Origin: a virus | IMG/VR virus record: IMGVR_UViG_3300003890_000025 | Span: 1-64,000 of that record | DNA: 64,000 bases | Direction: 5' to 3' (one strand) | Part shown: positions 11,301 to 21,435 of the stretch, one piece after another | How the letters are laid out: every line of letters begins with the position of its first letter | How positions within the stretch are numbered: position 1 is the first letter of the stretch | Notes under the pieces: model-generated | What the model was told of the DNA's origin: nothing | The model's database searches: none | Seen by the model: only the letters and a program-made list of their open reading frames with translations | Program-made: the position numbers and the translations under genes

Positions 11301-12100
11301 CTTTGACTAGGGGAGCCTTTGATTATATTTTTATTAGCATCAGTGTATCCCCACAATACCCTATAAGCTACTTGACTATTTTGAGGCATCATAGGAGCAG
11401 TCTGAGATACTGGCACTGTTTCTAAATCTAAATCCAATGCCTTTATACCGCCAGCAGGCACCACAAAGCCATCGACTGAATCTAGTTTTTTAACGCCTTT
11501 TGATCCAGTAAAATAAAAATTACTATTAAATGACTCTAAACCTCTTATTTTATTATTAGCATCTATTTGATTAACATGAATAGTTGAACATTCTAAAACT
11601 GCATCTCCTGTATCTGGAGTTATAGGAGTACCTGTCACAGTATATGTAAAGGTGTTAATACCAGTAACTACTACTTGGAAAGCTCCGTTGTATTCACTAC
11701 CGTTAGCTCCTGATATAATTACTATATCACCACTAACTAGTCCGTGAGGTCTTTGTGAGGTAAAAGTAGCGGTGCTACCAGATCTAGTTAAGCTAGAAGC
11801 GTATATCCATTTCTGCTCTTTATATTGTATAAAGTTACCTGGATTAGAATTATTATCTCTTTGTAAAACGTCGCTATAATGAACTAATATAGTGTCTCTA
11901 TAAACCATTAATTGTTTAGTTCTATCAGAAGAGGTTCCTAAATCGTCTCCGTATACTTTAAAACCTCTTCGAGAAGATATTACATCGTTACTATCTATTA
12001 CTATATTTTTAGCAATAGACATAGAGCCTGCTGGAGCAGAAGCCAGAGAGTTTACACTAGTATAAAGCCCTGCGGCTTTTAGAAATATAGTTTCAGCCAC
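8300..12100 (-). CDS. tail nozzle/tubular protein B-like, with inserted FCCH-like beta domains
   Basis: GTG start with GGAG RBS; beta-propeller-like segments (SLFVLKTDGVFRISG); four HGL..GD.I.I.G repeats; C-terminal WG..PWG..PWGG. Confidence 0.7.
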   Translation of the reverse strand: MAETIFLKAAGLYTSVNSLASAPAGSMSIAKNIVIDSNDVISSRRGFKVYGDDLGTSSDRTKQLMVYRDTILVHYSDVLQRDNNSNPGNFIQYKEQKWIYASSLTRSGSTATFTSQRPHGLVSGDIVIISGANGSEYNGAFQVVVTGINTFTYTVTGTPITPDTGDAVLECSTIHVNQIDANNKIRGLESFNSNFYFTGSKGVKKLDSVDGFVVPAGGIKALDLDLETVPVSQTAPMMPQNSQVAYRVLWGYTDANKNIIKGSPSQRAVISLSIQELLIPQINSLRSKLDTAAGADSTDDLSDTNYVSSISALPLSATALQINSKLKEIASKIELDLDYTFTANGGSGTITANTAANPTVVTSTGHGLTTGDTIRITGSNSTPPINGKHVITRLTANTFSVPVAVTTAGTAGSWVSEGSARYGRSGNITNNTVASPTVITSVGHSLTTGDIVVITGSNSTPSINGEYVVTRTGVDTFTIPVAVTSAGSTGTWTSGLARKYPNPINNNPSDYLNQQNFFDDIISTLISEPVGKISASALTAGDFEESEKGKDVELTFTVPQGITTNYFYQVYRTNASVNVDVDPGDDMKLVIEKNPTTAELKAGLITVVDSTPDSFKGEDLYTSPRQEGIAQSNDPPPFAKDIAVFKNMAFYANTKTVQRLFLTIVGIDNLTGKKIRIGNITYTFSSTENISLAQIQVFTTGLPSQNVDDTARSMVRVINRHANNTNIYARYISGTTDAPGKIVLESRDLNDPAFKVLCNDFTVGSTNFNPNIAPQNNPITSISVSGTTTVTTTNPHGLVTGDKIFIVGSNSTPTIDGTRVVTVTGTNTFTVPVSVTVAGTEGAWKKESEVETSDNESVKNRVYYSKLGLHEAVPEINFFNVGSGEKEIQRIVPLRDSLFVLKTDGVFRISGESPQSLSLVPFDNSTAIVAPDTAVVGNNQVFCFTNQGVTTISDTGVSVISEPLKDDILNITKFPNIQSTSFAVFYDTDRKYLLWLPESPNDISAPKAYCYNTTTNSWTNWNISKTAGVVSTGNDRLYLGAADINNIEIERKDFKRSDFSDREFDLTVIQYLSSEKTVRLNSISNASIGDVLVQNQTHTNNYGSYTITVEAKITAINLLASEVTVETIYDFELGSIKLYKAIDIQVKWLPETAGSPGVLKHFREAILRFNDSRITTPKLAFSSDLQPGVEEIPLIGPGLGLWGSFPWGSLPWGGEQTQRGIRTYIPTGKQRCSLLNCEFRHKVARENWKLEALSLILESLSHRINR

Positions 12101-12112
12101 TTAGACTCCTTA

Positions 12113-13045
12113 TTATCTGTACCAGCGCCTCCTTAAGAAGCTGTTAACGTTTACTACTTTTCTGGACGGGGATTCTACTCTACTATCTATAACAGTTAAT
12201 AAATTCCTTTCCATTTCATTCAATTTAGCTGTAGCATTAGCTAATCCTTGAGTATCTCCTAAAGCTTCTAAGACTCTAGTGGCTACAGCTTGAGCTAACA
12301 TAACGTGTAAATCAGATGGTATTTGTGGTATAACTGTCTCTCCAGAAGTACATACATAATCTCCTGGTACTAAATCACTAGGTAGTTCAGAAGCAGCCAC
12401 AGTTATAGTATTTGAGGTTACACTTTGAACAGTTATATCGAAGTTATAAGTCTTATGATTAGGATTGGCTTGGATTAAATCTACTTGTGATCCAGCGGTA
12501 ATATTCGATGGTACTGTACCATTAATCGTTATTACTCCAGTAGTAAAGTTTATAGATTGTATTTTAGCGCCCCTATTCAATTTAACTAACTTATTAGGTC
12601 TAAAGTAGTACCTAACTTCTAAGCTAGATGAGGTATCTAATGTAGTTCCAGTAGGGAACATAATATCGCCATTTTGTATATAAAAACCTGGGTAATTTGA
12701 AGATAAATTTGTCTTACTGCTATCTGACAAATGATCCATCTGTATTTGGGCTAGAGGAGATAAGTTATCACCAGATTTTAAATACAATTGTCTAACTTTA
12801 GATCCTATAGCTCTATAAGGTATAGGATAATTTAGTTTATTAGCTTGTAATGGTATTTCTTCTGTTACTACGTAAAACTCTTCTTTAACAGACAAAATAG
12901 CTGGTACTATTTTTAGAGATATCTCTTCATCAGCAAACATTAAAAGATCTTCATCTAAAAAGGTCTGCTGAGAAACGGGTATAGAAGCTCGTTTCTTAAT
13001 ACTAGCTAATAGTTCTGTACTATCGTAGTAGCCTTTATTCGCCAC
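12113..13045 (-). CDS. tail adaptor / tubular protein A-like
   Basis: Helical N- and C-termini (LLASIKKRA; PQIPSDLH.MLAQ) around a beta insert; directly upstream of the nozzle. Confidence 0.6.
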   Translation of the reverse strand: MANKGYYDSTELLASIKKRASIPVSQQTFLDEDLLMFADEEISLKIVPAILSVKEEFYVVTEEIPLQANKLNYPIPYRAIGSKVRQLYLKSGDNLSPLAQIQMDHLSDSSKTNLSSNYPGFYIQNGDIMFPTGTTLDTSSSLEVRYYFRPNKLVKLNRGAKIQSINFTTGVITINGTVPSNITAGSQVDLIQANPNHKTYNFDITVQSVTSNTITVAASELPSDLVPGDYVCTSGETVIPQIPSDLHVMLAQAVATRVLEALGDTQGLANATAKLNEMERNLLTVIDSRVESPSRKVVNVNSFLRRRWYR

Positions 13046-13076
13046 GTTACCTCCAATTAACTAAGAGAGGCTTACG

Positions 13077-13457
13077 TTAGTACCTATTCTTCTTAGCTTC
13101 TAATTTCTTTTTTAGCTCAGCTATTTTAGCTTCTATCTCTTCAGGAGACTCATCATCTTCTTCAGCCTCATTTTTATTTAATTTATCTTCACTATCTAAT
13201 TCTTTATTATATAACTCTTCATCTAAGCACTCTTCTTCACTGTATTCCTTTTTCATAGCTGGCATAGAATCTAAAATCTCTTCGGCCTTATCGAGACCCT
13301 TTTTAAGCCCTTCTTTATCTTTAGCAGCCACTACTATTTTTTGCATTTTTTGTGGCTCGTCTGACCGTTCTGATTCTTGTTGAATCATGTCCATAGCCAG
13401 AGACTTTAAGGCTTCCAAAACGTCTAATTTAGCCTTTTTTGCTGGTTTCATATCCAT
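13077..13457 (-). CDS. acidic/charged hypothetical late protein
   Basis: GAGGAG RBS; late-promoter motif upstream. Confidence 0.55.
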   Translation of the reverse strand: MDMKPAKKAKLDVLEALKSLAMDMIQQESERSDEPQKMQKIVVAAKDKEGLKKGLDKAEEILDSMPAMKKEYSEEECLDEELYNKELDSEDKLNKNEAEEDDESPEEIEAKIAELKKKLEAKKNRY

Positions 13458-13487
13458 ATATTATTATCTCCTCGTAATTAGTTGTTT

Positions 13488-13859
13488 TTATTTAACCGCC
13501 ATTAATACCAATATGGCGATAGTTTCTAATGCTATTAAAACCTTAATGTATACAGGTATATAAGACTCCCTAACAATTTTTACTATATCTGCTCCTTCTT
13601 TATATACCACTTTTTCTACTTCTACAGGTATTTCTTTTATAACTTCCACAGGTACCTCTTTAATAACTTCTACAGGGATTTCCTTAATAACCTCTTTTAT
13701 AACCTCTATAGGACGATCTACGTAAACTAGTTTCTCAACCTCTTTTATAACCTCTACAGGTACCTCTTTAATGACCTCTCTGACCTCTATATTGCCCTCA
13801 GGTTTAGCGTTTAGGTCTTCTGGGGACTTAGGTACTATATGAAATGTTAATCGTGCCAT
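13488..13859 (-). CDS. membrane-anchored protein with VEVIKE(V/I)P repeats
   Basis: Tandem 8-aa repeats and a C-terminal TM helix. Confidence 0.65.
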   Translation of the reverse strand: MARLTFHIVPKSPEDLNAKPEGNIEVREVIKEVPVEVIKEVEKLVYVDRPIEVIKEVIKEIPVEVIKEVPVEVIKEIPVEVEKVVYKEGADIVKIVRESYIPVYIKVLIALETIAILVLMAVK

Positions 13860-13886
13860 AAAGCCTTTATATCCTTCTATAACGTA

Positions 13887-14144
13887 TTACTTACTATTTA
13901 TGTCCTTTCTAGGACTAATCTTTCTACCAAAATATAAGCAAGCGGTACTATAAAATAACTCCATAATAATGCTAGGGGCTTCAATCTTCTTAGCTAGTAT
14001 TAAAGCCCAGGCTGCTAACGCTAATACAAAACTAACTATCATTAAAGTTAAACTAACCGAGGGTTCTTTAGTTTTAGGATCTACTACCCAAGGTAAATTT
14101 AATAACCTAACTTTATTATAAAACTCAGATACCTTATCTATCAT
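13887..14144 (-). CDS. putative holin (2 TM)
   Basis: 85 aa, two hydrophobic helices, basic tail after YFGRK. Confidence 0.5.
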   Translation of the reverse strand: MIDKVSEFYNKVRLLNLPWVVDPKTKEPSVSLTLMIVSFVLALAAWALILAKKIEAPSIIMELFYSTACLYFGRKISPRKDINSK

Positions 14145-14146
14145 AT

Positions 14147-16648
14147 TTATACTCCAGTTACCTGAGCCCTAAACTTTATAGTACTACTAACGTGGCCTGA
14201 TAAGTTACTACTGGTATATTGTATTTGACCAGCAGTAGTTATACTAAACGTAATACCACTAGAATCTCCTCCGCCAGTTACTATTATAATCCAATCAGAG
14301 TCTCTTTGAATACCTAATATATTAAATACTTCATATAGATTAGTAGAAGCTATCCTAGTTACGCTTACTAAGGCCTTAAAAGACCTAACACTACTAGCAA
14401 AACTAAACCCAGTCACATCGGCTGGAGATGTTTGGTTATTAGCTGCTGAAAAGCTAGTTTCAGCTATATCACCACTACTAGGAGCCACTACATTACTTAT
14501 ATTTATATTACCTGAAGTATGTACTACTGATATACCACTAGACCCAGTAACTGTCACATTACTAAGATTACCTGATCCATCGTTACGTTGTAGAGTATTG
14601 GCAGCTCCTTGGGTACTAGGTAATGTTAAGGTATAGTCAGTAGTAGTTGCAGCGGCTCTTAATGAAGCCTTACCAGAAGTAGAGCCGTGTAAATTAAATA
14701 ATCTATCCTGTGAAATAGAAGCTACAGTAACTAGAGTATTTAGACTAGAGCCAGGAGAACCTGCAGGAGCTACTCTTAGATTTATAGCTCCCCCTGTTCC
14801 AGAACCTGTACCTCTGCCTCCTGCTAGGTCTAAATTAGCTCCATTTACATCTGGTCCGAATCCTCCAGTAGAGTTTATTTGAACTGCGACAGGACTTGGG
14901 TCTGCCACCCCAGTTCCAAAATAAGCGTTATATATAGGAGCGTCTTGAGATCCTAGTATTAATTGATTATTAGCGGTAGCAGTAGCGCCTCTTCCTATTA
15001 CTATAACTTTATCAAAGTTACCACTATTTGCTCCTCTGCCTATAAGTACAGATTCACTAGTTGTTGTAGTAGAACCAGTACCTGCTGTGGAGCCTATAAT
15101 TACGTTACTATGACCAGTATTTATAGTTAACCCTGCTTGTAAGCCTATAATAGTGTTATGACCTGCTGTTAAATCTGTACCTGCGTCTTTACCTATTAAA
15201 GTGTTACCATTTGCAGTGGTGGCTGATTTACCTGCTCTATAACCTATTATAGTATTATTAACTCCGGAACTAATTAATTCTCCTGCTTCATGGCCTATTA
15301 CTATATTAGAGTTAGATACGTTGGTAGTATTGTTTGTATTTCCTAAAAATATACCATTACCTATGTTACTTAGCATAGGCGAGCCATCGAAGAAAATAGA
15401 ACCGCTAAGGTATAAGTCCTTCCACTGTTTAGGAGTACCTCCAGCTATACCTAAATCTATTGAGTTATCAGTACCTGGTAATAAACTAGTGTTTATAGCT
15501 ACACTGGCTAAATTTGATAAAGCTAAGTTAGCTTTACCGTTTAATTGTGTTTGAATAGCACTAGTTACACCGCTTAAATGACCTAATTCAGTACTAGTTA
15601 CTGAACTAGGTTCTATTACTCCACTAGTACTAGATTGTAAGGCTCTAGAGGCTGTTAAAGCCGCTAGTTTAGCTACTGCTATAGCTGCTCCAGTAGATAC
15701 GTCAGCGTCTACTATAAGAGAACTAGATAGGTTACCAGATCCATTATTATGTATAACTCCTGGTACAGTAAATACTGATATTGTAGGGGCTACATTAAAG
15801 GTTTTAGCTCCACCTATAGTTTGAGCGCCTGAGGTTAATACCCCAGGATTAGAACCGTCTGCTGGCTGTAGAGTTAATACTTGAGTGCTTAAACTAGCTC
15901 CGCTAGAATTCGGAGAAGAGCCTACTGCAGCTAGGGTTAAAGGGTCATGAGATGATTGATCTAGTGTTATACCACTAGCACCTGGTACTATAGTAGCCTC
16001 TCCTGCTGTATTAGGTGCTTTTAGCTTCCACGAGTTTCTATCACTTGATACTTTAACGTGTCCTGTAGGAGTAGAAGCCTCTTCAACCTCAATACCAGAA
16101 CCAGCACCACTACCTGCTCCTCCACCATCATTTAAAGTTATTAATGAATCAGTTACGTTTAAATTAGTTACGTTCTGATTATTAACACTACCTATTATAT
16201 TTACTGTAGCTGTTGGGTGACCTATATTAATAATAGCAGCATTATTAACCCCTAGAGATAAAGTAGCAGATGGACTTACGTCTATACCACCTTCTGCTAA
16301 TATTTCACCCTGAGCTGTTATGTTCTCTACCTCTAAAGTATTAGTAGTATCATTAAAGGCTAAGTTTAATACATCCTCAGTTAAGTTACCATTAGAATCA
16401 GCAAAAGGTATAGCTTTATGTGTTAGTCCTACTAATCTACCAGCTAATACCCAATTAGTATTAGTGCCACTGTCTTGTTTTATATAAATCTTACCAGTAG
16501 TAGTGCTAATGTAAACGTCACCCTTATCTCCAGCTACGCTGGTTACGCTAGGGTCTAAATTGCCAGCCTGTATAGAAGCACTTTCTAAAAGCTTTAATTT
16601 AGCTTTTAGTGACTTTACTATCGCACCCTGAAAAATAACTGCTGGCAT
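14147..16648 (-). CDS. tail/head fibre protein
   Basis: G/S/T-rich; YadA-head-like N..IG..AG repeats; C-terminal beta domain. Confidence 0.7.
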   Translation of the reverse strand: MPAVIFQGAIVKSLKAKLKLLESASIQAGNLDPSVTSVAGDKGDVYISTTTGKIYIKQDSGTNTNWVLAGRLVGLTHKAIPFADSNGNLTEDVLNLAFNDTTNTLEVENITAQGEILAEGGIDVSPSATLSLGVNNAAIINIGHPTATVNIIGSVNNQNVTNLNVTDSLITLNDGGGAGSGAGSGIEVEEASTPTGHVKVSSDRNSWKLKAPNTAGEATIVPGASGITLDQSSHDPLTLAAVGSSPNSSGASLSTQVLTLQPADGSNPGVLTSGAQTIGGAKTFNVAPTISVFTVPGVIHNNGSGNLSSSLIVDADVSTGAAIAVAKLAALTASRALQSSTSGVIEPSSVTSTELGHLSGVTSAIQTQLNGKANLALSNLASVAINTSLLPGTDNSIDLGIAGGTPKQWKDLYLSGSIFFDGSPMLSNIGNGIFLGNTNNTTNVSNSNIVIGHEAGELISSGVNNTIIGYRAGKSATTANGNTLIGKDAGTDLTAGHNTIIGLQAGLTINTGHSNVIIGSTAGTGSTTTTSESVLIGRGANSGNFDKVIVIGRGATATANNQLILGSQDAPIYNAYFGTGVADPSPVAVQINSTGGFGPDVNGANLDLAGGRGTGSGTGGAINLRVAPAGSPGSSLNTLVTVASISQDRLFNLHGSTSGKASLRAAATTTDYTLTLPSTQGAANTLQRNDGSGNLSNVTVTGSSGISVVHTSGNINISNVVAPSSGDIAETSFSAANNQTSPADVTGFSFASSVRSFKALVSVTRIASTNLYEVFNILGIQRDSDWIIIVTGGGDSSGITFSITTAGQIQYTSSNLSGHVSSTIKFRAQVTGV

Positions 16649-16660
16649 CTAATACTCCTA

Positions 16661-17074
16661 TTAGCCTAAGAAGTTTAGTACTAAGCTACCTGAGGTAGGC
16701 ACTACGTTTTCCATATTTCTAACACTTATTCTAGTACCTTGTGGTATATTAACTTCTATAATTTGATCACTACCAGGACCTATAATAAACTTTAATACCT
16801 CTAATGCTGGAGGACCTTCATATACTCCTATAAAATACCCAGTAGTATCTAAGCACTGTATCTTACGTACTTGTTCTGCTAAACTAGCTACTACTTGTAG
16901 AGGTGAAGATGAGCTAGCTGGTACTAAAGTGCCATCTAGTACAGGAGTGTCCATAAGATCTACAGTGTCTAAGGCTGCTCCTGCACCTGCTACTACGTTT
17001 ACTTTTAGAGAATCACTAATTCCGTCATAAACTGTTTTAATGACCTGTTGATGGTCTAAGTCTGTCCAGCTCAT
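16661..17074 (-). CDS. virion protein (LD..QV....YD family, paralog 3)
   Basis: N-terminus shared with 27771..28301 and 31001..31393. Confidence 0.55.
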   Translation of the reverse strand: MSWTDLDHQQVIKTVYDGISDSLKVNVVAGAGAALDTVDLMDTPVLDGTLVPASSSSPLQVVASLAEQVRKIQCLDTTGYFIGVYEGPPALEVLKFIIGPGSDQIIEVNIPQGTRISVRNMENVVPTSGSLVLNFLG

Positions 17075-17083
17075 TTATACTCC

Positions 17084-17266
17084 TTACTTATTTATAAGTA
17101 ATTTTTTAAGTTTTTTAAATCTATCTTTTTTAGATGGAATGTCATACCCCTCGTCCCTAGCTTCTGATAAAGCTATAGCTATTTTCTGGACATGACTTCT
17201 ATTCTCACCTTTCATTTTTCTCATCTTTTTCTCTATAAACTCTCTAGCTTCTTTACTATATTTCAT
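17084..17266 (-). CDS. small basic protein, DUF6496-like
   Basis: KIAIALSEAR..G motif. Confidence 0.5.
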   Translation of the reverse strand: MKYSKEAREFIEKKMRKMKGENRSHVQKIAIALSEARDEGYDIPSKKDRFKKLKKLLINK

Positions 17267-17287
17267 TATACAAACTACCTATAAACC

Positions 17288-18025
17288 TTAATAACAAAAA
17301 GGCTCTTTACTGTACGCAGCCATATTTATATACGGATTATTCGGGTGTTGAAAATAATCCATTATCATCTCTTTTATCTTCCTACCGGCCATTTGCTTCT
17401 TAAGAAATCTTTTACCAGCCCATAGGACTAATCTACGTTTCCACCCTTTTAAATTCTTGCTTTGTTTTAAAGCATATATCTGAGACCAAGTCATAAAATG
17501 CCAACCATTCACTAGTAAAGACGCTGTGTAGTAAAGGGTAGTAAACCATCCTACTTGTCCAGCAGCTACTTGCATTAAAAATACTGTTGAAGGCTGTTGT
17601 AATGGCTCAAAGTCTCGTTTCTTCCAAAACCTAATTATTGACTCTATAAAACTAGAGTCAGGATTATGGTCATCAAATATATAACATTTCCGTTTCCCGT
17701 ATTCTAACCACTCTCTAGGTAAATCTTCTATTCCCAGTAAAATATAACCAACTGCAGTACCATTATGATTATCGTGGCTATTAATTAAATGAGAATTTGG
17801 GTACCTCTCTTGTAGGCCTCTGCGTAAAGTAACAGCCTCTACTGCCAGCCTAAAGTGTTCTTTATCTTTATCTAATTCCACTAAACCTGCGGAGTATTTT
17901 AAGGCATAAAAAAAGCTTAAAAATAATAAGGCATTATCATTATTCTCATTAGGAGATAAACAAGCCCCTCCCCAAGGCATGAGGTAATTATTCTCAAAAT
18001 CTTTTAAAGCCTCTAATGCAGTCAT
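17288..18025 (-). CDS. hypothetical protein
   Basis: 245 aa ORF downstream of the fibre chaperone; SHDN motif. Confidence 0.6.
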   Translation of the reverse strand: MTALEALKDFENNYLMPWGGACLSPNENNDNALLFLSFFYALKYSAGLVELDKDKEHFRLAVEAVTLRRGLQERYPNSHLINSHDNHNGTAVGYILLGIEDLPREWLEYGKRKCYIFDDHNPDSSFIESIIRFWKKRDFEPLQQPSTVFLMQVAAGQVGWFTTLYYTASLLVNGWHFMTWSQIYALKQSKNLKGWKRRLVLWAGKRFLKKQMAGRKIKEMIMDYFQHPNNPYINMAAYSKEPFCY

Positions 18026-18029
18026 CTAA

Positions 18030-18497
18030 TTAAGGCTCCTCTGGCCATACAACTTCACTTATATCATTTATATTTTGAAACTGTGCAGGTAAATCTCGTA
18101 ACGCCTGCCTATAAACAACATAAGCCTGTTTTTGCTCTTGAGAGAGTGGTGAGTCTGGTAACTGTGTCCAGTCGCATTTAGCCAAAAGATCATTTCTCTT
18201 TTCTCGTAATTGCCCCATCACCAATTGATTGCCAAGGTCTTCAATTTCTATAGTGTATTGAGCGCGCAGCCTCACCCTAGGCGGCTCTATTTGCTCGTCA
18301 CCATTCATCACTGCGGGAATTTCTTCTAATACATCTTCTGGGGTATACGGCTCAGAACCCACCACAACTATACGCTCTGGTAAGCCCCACCAATTGTTTG
18401 ACGTGCCTTGCATAATCCATTGACCCGCAACTTCTTCGTTTGTAAAAGTACCACCAGATTCAGCTCCGTTTGTTCTATATATTATTACTCTTTTCAT
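18030..18497 (-). CDS. tail fibre assembly chaperone
   Basis: R.KRN.LL...DWTQLPDSPL...YRQALRDLP...WP signature. Confidence 0.85.
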   Translation of the reverse strand: MKRVIIYRTNGAESGGTFTNEEVAGQWIMQGTSNNWWGLPERIVVVGSEPYTPEDVLEEIPAVMNGDEQIEPPRVRLRAQYTIEIEDLGNQLVMGQLREKRNDLLAKCDWTQLPDSPLSQEQKQAYVVYRQALRDLPAQFQNINDISEVVWPEEP

Positions 18498-18498
18498 A

Positions 18499-21408
18499 TT
18501 AATTTACCTTCATAATAGAAACATAATTTGAGGCCTCAAGAGGTTCCATATTTTTAGAAGCCCCACTGGCCTGGTATCCTAAAACGCTAATTACATCACC
18601 AACATTTGCATAAAGACCGGAACTTACAAGCACCCCAATAGTTTCTTGCCCCGCAGCAGTTGTGGCGCACGCCCTAACCCCCCTAGCAAACTCGATTCCA
18701 TTTACATATATTACTGGAAACACAGAATAAGCAGTTGAAAATCCAACACCAACGGTTAATAAAGCTTCTACGCGATAATATCCAGAAACAGGAACAATAT
18801 ATCTCCACGTATTCGTATATATAGCCTGATTTCCACCTCCAGCCCCAACTACAGCATTATGTGTGTCATATTGTTTAGTTGGAAAATCTAAAAATCTACC
18901 GGAGGCGTTAGGCAAACTATTTCCTGCCGCCGAAGTATACCTAGCCGCCACCAACTCCCCGCCCATTAACGTCTGAGGGGATTGGATTTTGTGAATAACA
19001 ATTTGATAATCAGACGAGCTGCCAGACCCAAACGTCCACGTTCCAACAGACGCAGAGACGGCATCAATATAATCACCTGCATTTAAATAAATTTCACTGT
19101 CAACTGAAACTACCACGTTTGACGTCGCCGCCGAAACTGGATACGTTCCTGTAGAAAACACAGTTCCATTTTTTCGCAAGCGAATAATTAAAGTACCACT
19201 ACCAGAGCTTGAAGCTGGATAGCGAGCTGAAATTTTATAATAACCAGATTCGCGAGCCGTGTATTTCCAGGAGGCTCCAGTCGTAACGGCAGCAACAGTA
19301 TCATAATCACTTAAATTAAAATCAAGAACCGTGTCGCCAGATGGAACACTACCGCTTCCTGATGTTTTATAATACCTAGCCGCAATCACCCGCCCACCAA
19401 AATCACTGCTTATTACTGAGTTAGATGACCAACCTTGGATGGGGACAGCAAACTCGGCTTTAACAAACAAATTGGTATCGGCAAAGTTTATGCCAGACCC
19501 ACTATTCCACACAGTTCCTGGAGTTTCCATCATTAGTTTTACAGTAGTAGAGCTTACGGGTGCAATCACAACAACAACTTCGTCAGAAAGTAAGTCACCA
19601 ATAAAACCAGTACCTAGCTGTGATCCGAAAAAATCTGTGGTTCCGCCCAATTGCACTTTATCCGTGTTGATTGTATATCCAGATGGCAAATTTATTAAAT
19701 AACTTCCACTTCCAGCAGTGCCTGCCGTAGTATGTCTATAATTAACTCGAAAATAAGCATACTCACCTACTTTTCTAACAGAAATTGTATCTACAGACGT
19801 TGTACCCTTAGTTGGATTGGTGCCTGTTCCTGTAAAGGTAATTGTTCCTAAAAATTTTTCATCCTCAACAACACTTCCCCTTGCAATCTCTCTTGGCCCC
19901 ACTATTACGTTGTCATAATTAATTGTCCAGCTTGTCGTTGTGTTTGTGGCCACATGGAATATTAGTCGGTACGAAGACGAGTTGGAATTAGATTGAAACT
20001 CTCCAATATACGTTCCAAAATCAGACGCCATCAAGTCTCTTTGCGATAGCTCAATTACTGAAGCATTGGTTACATCGTAAACATAAACCCTGACAAATCC
20101 ATCTTGATAATTTGTGCTTGTCTTATAATCAAACGATACCCTTATCACCTTAGCTCTATCGGCTAAGTCAATAGTGAAATCTGTACTAACACCCTCTCCT
20201 CGTAAGTTACTAGTTCCTTTTGAAAATAAAAAGTCAGCAGTTTTACGAAGCGGAGTAGTTGTGTTACGAGTTAATGTAATGGCCGCAGTTCCGCCTGTTC
20301 CGTCTACAGGTACCTCGCTTGCAGCATCTTTATAAGTATTCCAACCAGTTAAATTGCTGTCAGCGTCGGGATTGCTAATATAATTAATACCACCACTACC
20401 AGCCCCCACTTTACTTTCAGAGCCGTCATCATTTAACTGATAAAGGAATCCGTCTGATTTAAAATATATTCGACCAAACCCAGAAGAAGGAGTCGTAGGA
20501 GTAGATATTTCAGCTAAAGTAACAGCATCAGAAAAGGTTTTATTAGACATGGACTGAGTAGCTGAGCTAGTTATAACTTGAGACTCACTACCATTAGGAC
20601 CTAATTTAAACCTACTAGCTAGAGCAGAGTCATATAATACTCTAGCTAGAGTAGATCCTCCAGTACCTTCTACTGATAACCCAGCGTCTGCTGCAGTAGC
20701 ATTTGTACCACCTTTATTTAAGGTTATATTATTATCTTCTACATCTAGCGTAGCTACGTTTAAAGTAGTAGTATCTCCTTGGACTGTTAAATTACCAGGT
20801 ATTACTACAGTAGAGTTAGAAGCTCCTAAAGTTATATTATTAGCTCCTACAGTAGCTCCTATAGATAAACTACCAGCTGCTGGTACGTCTATACCACCAC
20901 TAGAACCAGTAGGTACTACTATCCTAGCGTCTGACACTACTAAACCAGTACCATTGGGGTCTAAATTTATATTACCGTTAGTATTAGTACTAGCTATAGT
21001 ATTACCGTCTAATTCTAAGTTATCTACTTGTAATAAAGTCTTATTGGTTATATTTTGAGCTGTATCAGTACCTACTATAGTAGTATTAGCATTAGGTACT
21101 GTTAAAGTCCTAGTAGTACCAGTACTTATTGCAGATGCTTCAAATCTTAATTGTTTAGTATTATCAGAATTATCTTGTATCGTAAAATTATTATCTAATA
21201 CGGTTATAGTATTAGTATTATCAAGAGACTTATTAGATACTGCTTGGGCTTTAGCTACCTGTAATACTATATCAGTTACAGCTGAGTTTCTTATATTTAA
21301 TACATCGGCTGTACTATTATAGGCTAATTCCCCTTGGTTAGTTAAGGTAGGACTAGCTTCTGGTAGTATTACCGCTGATTTTTTTATTATAAATGGTTTT
21401 ATAGTCAC
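18499..21408 (-). CDS. tail fibre / receptor-binding protein with two C-terminal C1q-like domains
   Basis: Fibre repeats (QNITNKTL); two AARY...F....YDT..A....Y....SGYY domains; chaperone gene downstream. Confidence 0.75.
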   Translation of the reverse strand: MTIKPFIIKKSAVILPEASPTLTNQGELAYNSTADVLNIRNSAVTDIVLQVAKAQAVSNKSLDNTNTITVLDNNFTIQDNSDNTKQLRFEASAISTGTTRTLTVPNANTTIVGTDTAQNITNKTLLQVDNLELDGNTIASTNTNGNINLDPNGTGLVVSDARIVVPTGSSGGIDVPAAGSLSIGATVGANNITLGASNSTVVIPGNLTVQGDTTTLNVATLDVEDNNITLNKGGTNATAADAGLSVEGTGGSTLARVLYDSALASRFKLGPNGSESQVITSSATQSMSNKTFSDAVTLAEISTPTTPSSGFGRIYFKSDGFLYQLNDDGSESKVGAGSGGINYISNPDADSNLTGWNTYKDAASEVPVDGTGGTAAITLTRNTTTPLRKTADFLFSKGTSNLRGEGVSTDFTIDLADRAKVIRVSFDYKTSTNYQDGFVRVYVYDVTNASVIELSQRDLMASDFGTYIGEFQSNSNSSSYRLIFHVATNTTTSWTINYDNVIVGPREIARGSVVEDEKFLGTITFTGTGTNPTKGTTSVDTISVRKVGEYAYFRVNYRHTTAGTAGSGSYLINLPSGYTINTDKVQLGGTTDFFGSQLGTGFIGDLLSDEVVVVIAPVSSTTVKLMMETPGTVWNSGSGINFADTNLFVKAEFAVPIQGWSSNSVISSDFGGRVIAARYYKTSGSGSVPSGDTVLDFNLSDYDTVAAVTTGASWKYTARESGYYKISARYPASSSGSGTLIIRLRKNGTVFSTGTYPVSAATSNVVVSVDSEIYLNAGDYIDAVSASVGTWTFGSGSSSDYQIVIHKIQSPQTLMGGELVAARYTSAAGNSLPNASGRFLDFPTKQYDTHNAVVGAGGGNQAIYTNTWRYIVPVSGYYRVEALLTVGVGFSTAYSVFPVIYVNGIEFARGVRACATTAAGQETIGVLVSSGLYANVGDVISVLGYQASGASKNMEPLEASNYVSIMKVN

Positions 21409-21435
21409 TTTATATCTCCTTCATTGTCCAGAGAG

